The position numbers and the translations under genes were made by a program. Shown in pieces: positions 48,045 to 59,580 of a stretch of DNA of 64,000 nt (position 1 is the stretch's first letter; each line of letters opens with the position of its first letter). Under the pieces are notes generated by a model. That model did no database searches. It was not told where the DNA came from and worked only from the letters and a program-made list of their open reading frames with translations. The stretch comes from Felis catus (taxonomy: Eukaryota), in assembly GCF_018350175.1 (NCBI RefSeq), contig NC_058368.1, forward strand, positions 168,580,001-168,644,000, in the 5' to 3' direction.

Positions 48045-50501
48045 AGAGCTGTTGACTTTTAACATTCCAGATGTTAAGTCTCGCTGGCTGTCAGAATTCA
48101 CAGAGTCTGGCCCCTCTGTTTTTGCAAGTCAGACTTGGGGGCTCTGCCTTGCCGGACGGGCTGCCCCTCTACTGCCCCGGCTCCCCCTGCCAGTCCGTGT
48201 CGTGAGCACTGTCTCTTTGCCGTTCCTACCCTCTTCCATGGGCCTCTTGTCTACGCTTGGCTCCAGAGAGTCCGTTCTGCTAGTCTTCTGGTGGTTTTCT
48301 GGGTTATTTAGGCAGGTGTGGGTGGAATCTAAGTGATCAGCAGGATGAGGTGAGCCCAGCACCCTCCTATGCTGTCATCTTCTCCTTTTTTCCTTCTTTA
48401 GGATGGCCCTGATTGCTATATACTTCCCTTTTTTGCCCACCTTTGCTGCTTCCCAGAGGTTTTAGACTGTTGTGTTTTCATTATCATTAGCTTCCATGCA
48501 CTTTTTAATTTCCTCTTTAATTTCTTGGTTAACCCTGTTCATTCTTTAATAGGATGTTTTTTAATCTCCAAGTATTTATGGTCTTTCTAAAAATTCTTGC
48601 AGTTGATTTCAAGTTTCATAGTGTTGTGATCTGAAAATATGAAAGATATGATCTTGATCTTTTTGTACTTGCTGAGGGCAATTTGTTGCGCAGTGTGTGA
48701 TTTATTGTGGAGAATGTTCCATGTGTACTTGAGAAGAATATTTATTCTGCTGCTTTAGGAAAAATGTTCTGAATATATCTGTTAAATCCATCCAGTCCAG
48801 TGTGGTATTCAAAGCCATTGTGTCCTTGCAGGGTGTTGAAGGCCTAGAATTATTGTACTATTATCATTGACTTTCTTTATGTCTGTGATTAATTGATTTA
48901 TGTGTTTGAGAACTGCCATGTTGGGACATAAATATGGCTACTCCAGCTTTCTTCTCATGACCATTAGCATGATAGATGGTTCTCCATCCCCTTACTTGCA
49001 ATCTGCAGGTGTCTTTAGGTCTAAAATGAGTCTCTTGTAAGCAGCATATAGATGGGTCTTGTTTTTTTTTTCTTTATCCATTTTGATACCCTATGTCTTT
49101 TGATTGGAGATTTAGTCCATTTACATTTAGAGTGAATACTGAAAGATACGAATTTAGTGCCATCGTGCTGTCTGTAGAGTTGGTGTTTCTGGTGATGTTC
49201 TCTGGTCCTTTCTAGTCTTTGTTGCTTTGGGGGTTTTTTGTTTTGTCTTTTCTCCACTTGAGGAGTCCCCCTTAAAATTTCTTGCAGGGCTAGTTTGGTG
49301 GTCATGAATTCCTTTAGTTTTTGTTTGTCTGGGAAACTCTTTATCTCTCCTTGTATTTTGAATGTACTGTCCCAAAGTGCTGCAGTCTCCCCCTTTCTCT
49401 TTCTCTCTCTGTCCCCTCTCTCTGCAAAAATGTCTGTTTACCCTCCCTGGCTTTTCTCTTCCCTGGTTCACCTTTTTATCTTTGCCCTCTCTTTGCAAAA
49501 ATGGCTGTCTACCTTCCACAGCTTTTGTGTTCCCCAGTTCACCTCTCCACACCATGTACCTGCTGATTTCTGTGGCTCAAGTTATGCAGATTGTTTTGTT
49601 AATCCTGAGATCAGTTTCCTAGATGTTCAAGATGGTTTGGTCCTGATCTAGCTGCGTTTCAGGGACGAGACAAGCTTTGGTTCTCCTGGGCTGTTCCACT
49701 ATCCTAACCCCTCTTTCTCCTCTTGAACATTTTAACCTCCAAGGTAGAAACAATATCTGTCAGAAAAAGTTTTTGAGTAAATTACATGGATTCCGATACT
49801 GATATAGGGGAGGGACATTAACGTTTGTTTGGTGGCTGCTGTGAGTACATATACTTTTTATGTACTTGTTTTGATTTTCTTGACAACTCTAAATTGGATA
49901 GCTTGTATATTCTTTTTGTGATCTGGAACCAATGTTGGGTCACATCCTTTATCCTAGGAGAGCCAGCTATAAAAGTGTTTACTGGGGTTTGAACTTAGTT
50001 CTTTCATATGTTAAACCTGAAGTGAATGCAAATGTTAAATGTCTAAATATAGTAAACCATTAGCAATCCTGGTTTTAACTATAACAGTTTCAACTATTTG
50101 GGAGTGATTCTAAAGGTCCATGTTGAAATATTTGCGGCTTTGCTGTTATGAATTCTTATTGGAAGTGAGATCCCAAGATATCTGTGACTCTAGCTACCTG
50201 CCCAATGTTCACATCTTGTCTTGCTTTATTTTCTGTTGGAGGTTGTCCTATTGTAAAAAAAAAAAAAAAAAAATTCTGAAAGAGAAATTCAGCTGCTAGA
50301 AATGAAGAAAAAGAAAAGAAGTCTAAGAAAGTAGTGGATATTAGCCAGAAAGTAGTTATTTTTGAATTTGTATAAAAATGGAATGTTGAATCCAGTGAGT
50401 CTTTTACCTGGTTGTGAGTCAATCCACTACACCTTCTAGGGAAACGAAAGTTGCCTTGTGCAACTGAGTGTTCCGGCTCTGTGAAAAATTCTCATAGTTT
50501 T

Positions 50502-50713
50502 AGGGGTACCTGGGTAGCTCAGTTGGTTGAGTGTCTGTCTTACTTTAGATTTTTGGCTCAGGTCATGATTTCACTTTCCTGGAGTGAGCCCCACATTGGG
50601 CTCTGCACTGACAGCAAGGAGCCTGCTTGCAATTCTCTGTCTCCCTCTTTCACTCTCTCTGCCCCTTCTGTGCCTGCATGCATTCTCTCTCTCAAAATAA
50701 ACATTTAAAAAAA
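50502..50713 (+). mobile_element. Can-SINE
   Basis: Head gggggtacctgggtagctcag; tail aaaataaacatttaaaa. Confidence 0.9.
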
Positions 50714-52843
50714 ATTCATTTTTTTAGACAGATTTCTTGAAAATATCAGGGATCTTAAGTTCATAAATCCTTTTCCACTTACCTTCTCTCTCACCCTTAA
50801 TAATATTTGAAAGAGATTTGACTGTTTTTAAATAGCTGTTACTTTTTGGAAGTTGATGTGGTTCTTACAAATATCTTCAAATATTAACATAAACAGCAGT
50901 ATTGTCACATATAAGATAGGTGTCCTTTTCTGAGTTTCACAATTAATTATTACACAATAGTAGCTAGACCTTGGTGATGTATTCTTTCTAAAGTTCTGAT
51001 TTCCTATTTGTGTTTTGGAGCCTAATTTACCCTAAGACTGGAGCTGGCATTCTAGCATCGAAGTGGCTTGGCTTAGAGACACTTGCTATTATATATAGTA
51101 ATATAGTTGTTGGAGGAGGATGAAGGTGGTGAAGAAATAGACATGTCCTCAAGTTGGCCTACATTATAAAAATAATTCTGAAATGTTTCATGTAACACGA
51201 GGTGGGTTGTGCAGGAATGGGACAGAGAGCAGGGGGCCACGTGACTCTTCCTTTTTTGGTCATGTAACAAATGTTAATAGAATACTCACTCCATGGGTAT
51301 TCATGGCTCCATGATAATTATAAAGTAGGGAGAAGTTTCAGACTGTTTGCCTGAAAGACAGTATGATGTAGTGGAAAGGGCTTGCATATTAGAAGCAGAT
51401 CTGCTTGGGGTTGAATCTATACTACCAGTAATTTGTTGTATGAATTTAGGCAAATAATTTAATTCTTACAGATTTATAGCTTATAGCTTTTTTCACATGA
51501 AAACTCAATATCAGTTTCATCTGATAACTGATAAAAATATTAAATTTTTGAATTGCTTTCAGTTGCATGAGTTCAATACCTTACTCTTATTAGCTTAGCC
51601 ACTGGCTCAAAAAGTAGAACACTAGTGTACTTTCTTTAGATGTAGATGGATTCAAAGGCTCAAACAATGGCCATAGGACATACTCAGTGGCTTTCTGTTG
51701 TATTGGATATACTTTCAGGTAGACTTTCTTTATGTGGAGCCCTCTGATAGATCCAGGCTTACATTCTTTTACTTTAGAAGGACCAACATAAAAAGCATTT
51801 CTCTTACTCATAGTTTTTATATAAGTCCTGGGATTACATCTCATTGTATGAATTGCGTGATGTTTTCATCCTTGATCCTGTGGTCAGAGGGATAGTAGAG
51901 GCCAGATCTGGATCAGGTACTAACTACTGGAACTGGGAATAGGAAGTATTGGCCAGTCACATGATCTGAATCATGTGGACTGAGGTCACTGAAAGAAAAA
52001 GACTACAGTGTGACCATGGGAAGGGGCAGTGGATGTTGGGCAGGCGTAACCAAATATTCACTATAATCTTACCGATGTGCATACATATCTTTCTGCACCT
52101 ATACAAGCTTGAAACAAAGCCCGCACCTGACTTAATGTAAAATTTTCACTTACAACTTCCAGTGCATTTACCATCTGCTCCCCAACAAAGGAAGGCAAGT
52201 CAAAGACTCATTTAAATACTGCATCTAAGTTTAAGTCTAAGATCTCTGGGTAATTTCTCTCAGTCCTTTTTGAATAGATAGCCTTATGGTCTAGTAACTG
52301 GTTACATGATAAATATAACTAGTTGTAATAAAGTCTGTGTTCATTGGTAGAAAAAATATAGCATAAAGACAATAAAAACTGTCAATTGGAAAAGAGAAAA
52401 AGAAGAAACAACCCACAATCCATACTATGTGCATATTTCATTGGATAGGTATGGCAAGGACTCTTTGCCTGGCAGTGGAGGAAGATTTTTGATTAGCCGA
52501 TATGGCTATCTCTGCTTTTGCCACCCAGGATGGTCTTCTTTGTTTTCTTTCCTCCTAGTTACAGCCAAGATGAGTATTGAGAGAGATTCCTGTACTGGGG
52601 ACTGCATTGCCTCAATAGCTCACTTTCTGTTGATGAGGTGTTGGGGTCCCAGGAACCATCTTAGGGGCTAAGCAGTAACAAATCTTTGTTGGGAGTTTCT
52701 TAGGCAATAAAACTCTTCATAAACATAGTGTTTTATTTATTTTCATTTGATCACCTTCTCCCAAATACCCAAAGTCTGATCCTAGTCCGTGAATCAGATC
52801 ATCTTCTGGTATGCCTCTGAATAATTTGTGCATCACGGTAACC

Positions 52844-53070
52844 CAGTGATTCTACAACATGGAGCAATTCTTACCTCAGGGTACATTTGGCAATGTCTGC
52901 AGATATCTTTGTTGTCATAACGGAAGGCTGGGACTGGGGAAGTAGGTAGATGTTGCTAGCAACTAGTAGGTAGAGCCCAAGAACACTGTTAAACATGCTC
53001 TAATGGATAGGATAGCCTCTAACGAGAATTTCCAGTTCAAAATGACAGTAGTACTGAGGTTAAGAAACCA
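52844..53070 (+). mobile_element. MER20-like DNA transposon
   Basis: cagtgattct...gggtacatttggcaatgtctgcagata...tagtaggtagagcccaag...actgaggttaagaaacc. Confidence 0.8.
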
Positions 53071-53270
53071 CGAATATCCTAGGCTTCTCAATTTCCTTGT
53101 TGGCTTCTCTTTCTAGCCATTGAGAGCAGCTTCTTTAGGTAATAGTGCAGAGCTGATTTGTCCCTGCTCCCAGACTATTTCACAGTGCATAGTTCTTTAT
53201 AACGGGTAAATATCTTCTTTGCTAGGATGCTTGGGGAGGAGCCTGGAGCATTAGGCTTCTCTCATATTTT

Positions 53271-53382
53271 GGGGCACCTGGCTGGCTTAGTCGGTAGAGC
53301 ATTGAAGTTTTGGTCTTTGGATTGTTTGTTCAAGCCTCATGAGATATTTTAAAAATTAAAAATAAACGTTTTTTTAAAAAAA
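53271..53382 (+). mobile_element. Short Can-SINE
   Basis: ggggcacctggctggcttagtcggtagagc; TSD-like ggcttctc...catatttt. Confidence 0.85.
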
Positions 53383-53864
53383 GGGCTTCTCATATTTTGT
53401 TTTTGTGTGGTTAAAGGCTCTAATTTTAGTTTAGGGATATTTGGTTTTCATCCCTGTAAATTATAAGATTATCAGCCATCTTGGATTTATAATGAAAGAC
53501 TGAAAAGATTTTCTTTTATAAAGACCACTCAAAGTGTGCTTCTCTTTTGAATGACCTTACTGAAGACTGTTGCACAGTTGGCAATATACTATCATCCCAA
53601 CATTTTTTACTAAGTATCCTATAGTTCCATCCTTAGTAGCTGCATAGTCCGATTTTACAAGAGGTGCCAATTTACCAGTTCCTTTTCTTATTAAGGATTG
53701 CTGACTTCTCATTCTACAGTAGAGGAATACCAAATACCCTTCACTTTCTATTATTGACTCAGTTCCACAGTTCAGGGCTGTCAATTGTAGTGCCTGATTT
53801 CTGGCATGAATTTTATATTTGTCAGGCTTCTTTTAGATTGCAGTGGTAGAAACCTAGTTAAAAA

Positions 53865-54720
53865 AAATTAATCCTTCCCATATCTGTAAGTGGCACTTCC
53901 ATCCTTGTTTTTGCCCAGACCTCCAACCTTGATTCTTTTTCTTTTGTTTCCCACCAACAATCTTTCAGCATATTCTGTTGGCTTCAAAATATGAAATCTG
54001 ACCAACTGCTCACCACTTCTTTTTGGGGTTCACTCTGGTTCAACACCATCCTCTCTTTCCTTCTATGTAACTCCTAACAAGGCTCCCTCCTACTACTTTT
54101 GTTTTCATAATGTTAGCCTCAGAATATTAGTAAGAGGCCAATTAGTAATTAGTGATATTGTACTAATATTAGTATAATTTCTTTGCTCAGAATCTTGCAG
54201 TGGCTTCCCATGTAACTTCAGAGCACAGGCTCAAGTCCTCAAAATGAGCTAGTGTTTTGTGGTCTTGCTCTCCCTCCCTAATGCAGGACTTTTTTCTGAA
54301 CTCAGATTTTTCTGTTGTCTCTTCTATGCAGGCCTCTTGCTCATCTTTAAATAAGTTCTTTGCAGTTAGCGTTTCCCTGGCCTGGAATGCTCTTCTCCAG
54401 ATGTCCATATGACCTACTTACTTTTCTCCCTTAGGTCCTGGCTCAAATATCACTTCATGCTTAAAGTCTTTGATAACCAACATCAGTTTGAAATCGCCTA
54501 CCTGCCCTATATGTCTTATTACTTTTTCCTTCTTTTTCTTTATAACAGTTGTCAACACTTTATGCTATGTGTTTTATGTATTTATTTTGTATTTTATTTC
54601 TTCTGTAGAATACAATCTCCATGAGGGCAGGAGTTTTTGTCTGAGATATTTTGTAGGAAAGTGCATGGCACGTAACTTAGTAGGCTCTCAGCAAATACTT
54701 GTTGAATGAATTAATAAATT
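53865..54720 (+). mobile_element. L2a 3' portion
   Basis: Ends gtagaatacaatctccatgagggcagg...tagtaggctctcagcaaatacttgttgaatgaa. Confidence 0.85.
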
Positions 54721-55689
54721 AAAAAAAATAATTTGTTGCCTCATGTAGCTGTTAAGTCTGAAACACTGGTGGGACTGAAATTACCCTGCAGAGGTGAGAG
54801 ATTATTCATTAAGCAAATCTCTCCAGGGGAGAATGGGGAAGTGTCTTTGGTTTAGTACCCTAGAATACAAGTAAATATAAATTAAAAAAATAATAAGGTA
54901 ACAAAGGAAATATAAGAAGGAAAAAAAAAGGAATATAGGTGAATATCTTTCAGGGAAGGGATGGAGAGAGCTTTATTTCTCCAAAGCTCATTGGAAGTCT
55001 TAATCTTTAGGGAGACACAATCTTTAGCTTCTAAGGCTGGTTGTTGTGCAATTATCCTGTAGTACCTTTTGCTCAGAAGTCTCTGATTGCGCAGGAACAT
55101 GAGAAATCCAGAGAGAATTGTTTCTCAACAGTAATTCTAAAGTTCTAGCAGCTACATCTATTCACATCTGAATTCACCAGAACAAAGGTGTAATTCGATC
55201 TAGGGACAAAATATTTTCAGAACTTTCATTCTCTTTCTGTCTCTTGGCTTTTGTCTTCTCTGGGTTGGCTCTCTGGTGAGTGGGTACTTACCGTGTTCTT
55301 TCAGTTCAGCAGCCTCAGCCAAAAGAGAACTTTCTAATTAGTTCTGGCAAAATTTTTGGGAGTTTTAGTTGTCTAGCTGGGTCATGTACCCATTCCTGAA
55401 CTACTGCTTGGGGAAGGAAATATGCTGACTTTCCAGGCCTGGGTTATGCACGTATTCTAGGAACTTTGTGCTTATTTTAGGAATCTGAGAGTGGGAATGA
55501 TTAGTGTCACTCAAACTACATGGATTGAAAATAAGAGAAGGTAGTTCAACAGAAGAAAATTGAGATGCTGCTATCGAAAGAAGGGGAGTAAAAAACAACA
55601 TAAGTCTGTCACTTGTATGCACATGCAACTCAAACTCATTAAAAAACAATTTAGAATCTTATATATAGGCATTACTGCCATATCTATTT

Positions 55690-55835
55690 AGATGTCTAAG
55701 ACAGAAAATTTAAGAAGGTACTGGCTTTCAGTGTCATGCAGCTACAGGGTGGCTCTTGTATGACCCTGAGAGTAAAAGTCTCCATTGATTGTGCACCCTA
55801 GACACCCCTCATACCTCACTGTAGTCCTAGTCATG
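55690..55835. mobile_element. MER96-like palindromic hAT MITE remnant
   Basis: aaaatttaagaaggtac...gaccctgagagt...tgcaccctagacac...cctcactgtagtcc. Confidence 0.6.
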
Positions 55836-55987
55836 AAGAGAAGCCTATTTAAGGAATAGAAACTATATTTTTACTATGAATGTGAGTTAAAGATGGTAGC
55901 CTATGTAGTTGGGGAAGTTGGTGAGGAAGATTAAGGTACACCACAAAGTAGTAATTGTGCATTTTCAATGTGTCTATAGAAATCTTT

Positions 55988-56163
55988 TTTTAAAAGTTTA
56001 TTTCTACTTATTTTGAGAGAGAGAGAAGGAGACAGAATCCCAAGCAGGCTCTGTGCTATCAGCACAGAGCCCGATGTGGGGCTTGAAGTCACAAACCATG
56101 AGATCATGACCTGAGCTGAAATCAAGAGTGAAGACACTTAACTGACTGAGCCACCCAGGCGCC
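55988..56163 (-). mobile_element. Can-SINE
   Basis: TSD tgtctatagaaatcttt. Confidence 0.92.
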
Positions 56164-57667
56164 ACAAACTTGTCTATAGAAATCTTTGCTGAGTTCTGAT
56201 GAGGATGGTAATATCTTTGAGGTAACACAAGGAATATACTTTTTGTTCATAGGTTTATAGTAAGTTCAAAGAAAGAAATGTTGCATTTAGAAATGCTACC
56301 AAGGAAGTTGTTACTTATTTTTTAATCAAAATAATTTCAATATCAACTGGAAAATAAGTTTTTTTTTCATTGAAAAATAAAAATTATAGACATGAGTTGA
56401 GTTGGAGAGTGAGACATAAATAACATGTGGCTGCTTTGATTAGCTTCCTTGAACAGGACACTTGATACTGCTGAGTGTTGGGCATGAAACCTTAGTTGAA
56501 TAGTTATCTTTCTTGTCCTTACATCTTTGAAAATAACTGTTTCTATATTATAGTGAAAGACCAAATCATGAAATTCTAGGTAATTCTCAAGTATCTTTGC
56601 TGAGTGAGAAGTGGCTAAAAAAAATTCAAATTAAGTGGATTGTCCAGTAATTTTGCAGTCTGTCTCTGGAGTGGAATTTAGATAACATATATAATATGTA
56701 CATTTAAGTATACACTCATACAGTTTGCTCTTTGGAAATATTTATAAGTAACACTGTTTACTGTGTCTAAGGGGTTTAATTGAAGATATGCTATTGATAG
56801 CAGTATAAAAGAGAAGCATGATTAAAATTTTCATTTAAGTATCATTTGAAGTCATGAATTCTATCATTTAATGTAGAAACTCTTGTCAAAGCCTCACATT
56901 ACACCAAAGTGCAGAAGTCAGGGAAAGCCATAATTTAGTTTGGAATTTCATTGATTCAGTACTCGCTTGTTTGGTGGCTGTAGTGTTCCATGTATTATGT
57001 AGGATGATGGCCGTATTAAGATAATAATCCCTGTCCCCGATCTTGTCACAGTTTAATGGAAGAAGAGGGATGTAATAATACTCTCGTTATGTGCAAATTA
57101 GATTTCCCAGTTCTAGTTTTGAGAACCTTGCCCAATCTAGAGGAGAAGAAATGCTTGCCCGGGGGGCTAAGAAGGAACTCTTTGGAAATAAGTAAAAAGC
57201 GTAGAAGAGTAGGAGACTTGGAAGATACTCTGACACATTACTCCTGACCAGGAGGAGTAATCTTATTGCTAACCTCCATGAAATATCCTCTGATTCTTGT
57301 GAAAGTCAAAGATGTAGGGGAAATGACAGGAAACAGAATAGGCAAACAAAAAAAGAAGAGTTTGAAAGAAGGGGAGAGCTTCATTTATAACCAAGAAGTC
57401 AAGATTAGAGACACAAGGGCTTGAGTTAAAAAATGAGGAACTGTGACAGAGCTATAAACAGCATATATTGCCATCAATGATAAAGAAGAGAACAGCTTAG
57501 AAATTCTTATAGTTTCAAGGGTTGAGAGAACAGCTGATGGAAGAATCAGGATTTGGTATACTCATATTAGAGACAATATGTGTTTACTGGGAGAATCTTT
57601 CCTAAACCTTCCCAGCTTTTGAGAGTTTTTCTTTCATCATTAATTACTTCTTTAGGCTGTAATAGAA

Positions 57668-57862
57668 TATATTTTAAAATGTTTGTTTATTTTTGAGAGA
57701 GGCAGGAGAGGGGTAGAGAGCGTGGGAGAGAGGCAGTCCAAGCAGGCACGTTGCCATCAGCACAGAGCCCGACATGGGGCTCTATCTCATGAACCATGAG
57801 ATCATGACCTGAGCTGAAATCAAGAGTTGGAAGGTCAACCAACTGAGCCACCCAGGTGCCCC
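57668..57862 (-). mobile_element. Can-SINE
   Basis: TSD tagg(c/t)tgtaatag. Confidence 0.9.
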
Positions 57863-59117
57863 TAGGTTGTAATAGTATTTTAAGAAATGTGATTACTTGC
57901 TTCTTTTGACATGCTTCAAACTTGAAATTAGTTTTATGCTGTAAAAATGGAGAAAAACATGAATTACCTATTGAAAACTGAGGGAATAGGTTACAGGAGA
58001 AAGTAAGGCGTTACTCATTGAAAAAGTTATGGAAAGGGGAGAGAGTAAACAGGGTAGATAAGCTAGGTGAGTATAGCATTCTTAATGTGCTGACTCTGAT
58101 ACACTGTCACAATTAAATTCCAATAGTAGCCTACTATACTCTATGTGTACATTTTTACCTTTTTCTCTGTAGTTAACATTTCTGACTCCTTGAATTTCTT
58201 CTTGCAGCTCATGTTTTCTGGCCAGACTTATGGTCATTCCCGTGAGACTTCACTGCACATTTTCTCAAGTGTGTTCCTCATCCCTAATGTGTAATCCTTC
58301 AACATGGACCTGCTACTTTAGCTAAGATATGACCAGCAATGAATAGTAGTAAGGTAGGAGTACTTTACTCTTCTTAGTGAATTGCTAAAAACTGAAACTG
58401 TGAAACAGTTTTGATTTGTCTTGGTTTTGTAGTATTTGTGTTAGATTATTGTACCTAGGCAATCATTTTATATTTATGTTGTTTTTGCTTGTCATTTATC
58501 CTACAGAATTTTATCTCATTTGTGATGTAATTATTATTTTTTTCAACTAACATTTACAATCAGCAGAATCCCAGTCTATATCTTTTTGCAGCCTGTATGT
58601 CCACTAGTCCTATATTTTCAAGCACCTGGCACCAAGCTCAATATATCTTATTTTCTTCTCAAACAGTTGCTCTTCCTTCTGGTTTCTGTATTTCTATTAA
58701 TAGCATTATTAATTCCATTGTTTAACACAGTCCTATATTCGTTTATTATTTCATTCATTTGTTTGATGTACATTGACAGGCTTCTGTTAAGTAGTAGACA
58801 GGTTGCTGCTTCTGTGGATATGATGATGAATAAGCTGCATATTCCATCCTTATAGCTTATATTTTAAAGGAGTGGGGACAGGCTTAAAAATGAACTGACA
58901 AAATAAAAATTAATTGTAATACACTTTTTTGAAGGAAAGCAAAAATCAGATAATTTGGAGATAAGGAAGTAGGAGCTGCCTTAGATAGGGTGGTCACAAA
59001 AGGAGTTGATGTTTAAGATTCACCTGTATATGAGAAGGAGCTATTTCCAGAGTAGGTGGTGTGTGTGTATGTGTATGGTGTTTTTGATGTGGAAAGCATT
59101 CTCATGAGAAGGAATAG

Positions 59118-59391
59118 CGAAGTGAAATGTCAGGCAGAGAAAGGAAATATGGTATGTTCTCACTTATATGTGAAATCTTAAAAAGCCTAAACTCATAGAA
59201 ATAGAGTTAGAATGGTGGTCGCCAAGAGGTGAGGAATAGGGGCAATGGGGAGATGCTGGTCAAATGGTACAAACTCTCAGCTATAAGATAAATAAGATCT
59301 GGGGATATAATGTACAACATGGTGAGTATAATTAACAATACTGTACTATATGCTTGAAATTTGTTAAGAGAGTCAGTCTTAAATGTTATCA

Positions 59392-59429
<38 letters not shown>

Positions 59430-59580
59430 ACACACACACTCATAATTATGTGAAGAGATGGAGATGTTAACTAACTTTATTGTGGCAATTATTTTGGACT
59501 TTATACATATATCTAATCATCACATTGTACACCTTCAACTTACATGTTATATGTCAATAATATCTCAGTAAAGCTGGAGG
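59118..59580 (+). mobile_element. L1MA-type 3' end with (CA)n, inside a minus-strand L2 (~58745-60020)
   Basis: aagtgaaatgtcaggcagagaaagg...ctaatgtacaacatgg-like...tgtcaataatatctcagtaaagctgg; L2 motifs on both flanks. Confidence 0.82.

Larger units (their letters stand above)
42133..48384 (-). mobile_element. Full-length felid L1 (L1_Fc-like), inactivated
   Basis: 5' end GAGAAGATGACAGCATAGGAGG..., ORF1, ORF2, 3'UTR and poly(A); perfect TSD CTTTTTTCCTTCTTT at 42118-42132 and 48385-48399. Confidence 0.96.
38984..49718 (-). mobile_element. Older carnivore/felid L1 (segments 38984-42117 and 48400-49718) with both ends present and most of ORF1 deleted; host of a younger L1
   Basis: 3'UTR at 38984+, decayed ORF2 ([29 protein letters not shown]), endonuclease remnants, 5'UTR at 49365-49718; TSD CCTC[C/T]TGAACATTTT at 38969-38983 and 49719-49733 with a TT/AAAA site. 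Confidence 0.92.
51540..53860 (-). mobile_element. Decayed MaLR (MLT1-type) LTR and internal sequence with later insertions
   Basis: LTR-like segments (ttagccactggctc...atggattcaaaggctcaaa; tgtcaggcttcttttagattgcagtggtagaaacc) and an internal-like segment; subfamily not resolved. Confidence 0.4.

Noticed and set aside
48052..48336. ORF0-like antisense ORF in the L1 5'UTR
   Set aside because: It starts at TTG within the SINE TSD, and there is no evidence of conservation or similarity to primate ORF0.
49355..49375. Spliced L1 (SpIRE) junction
   Set aside because: The homologous intact ORF1 in the young L1 has no AG immediately before the junction, so splicing is not supported.
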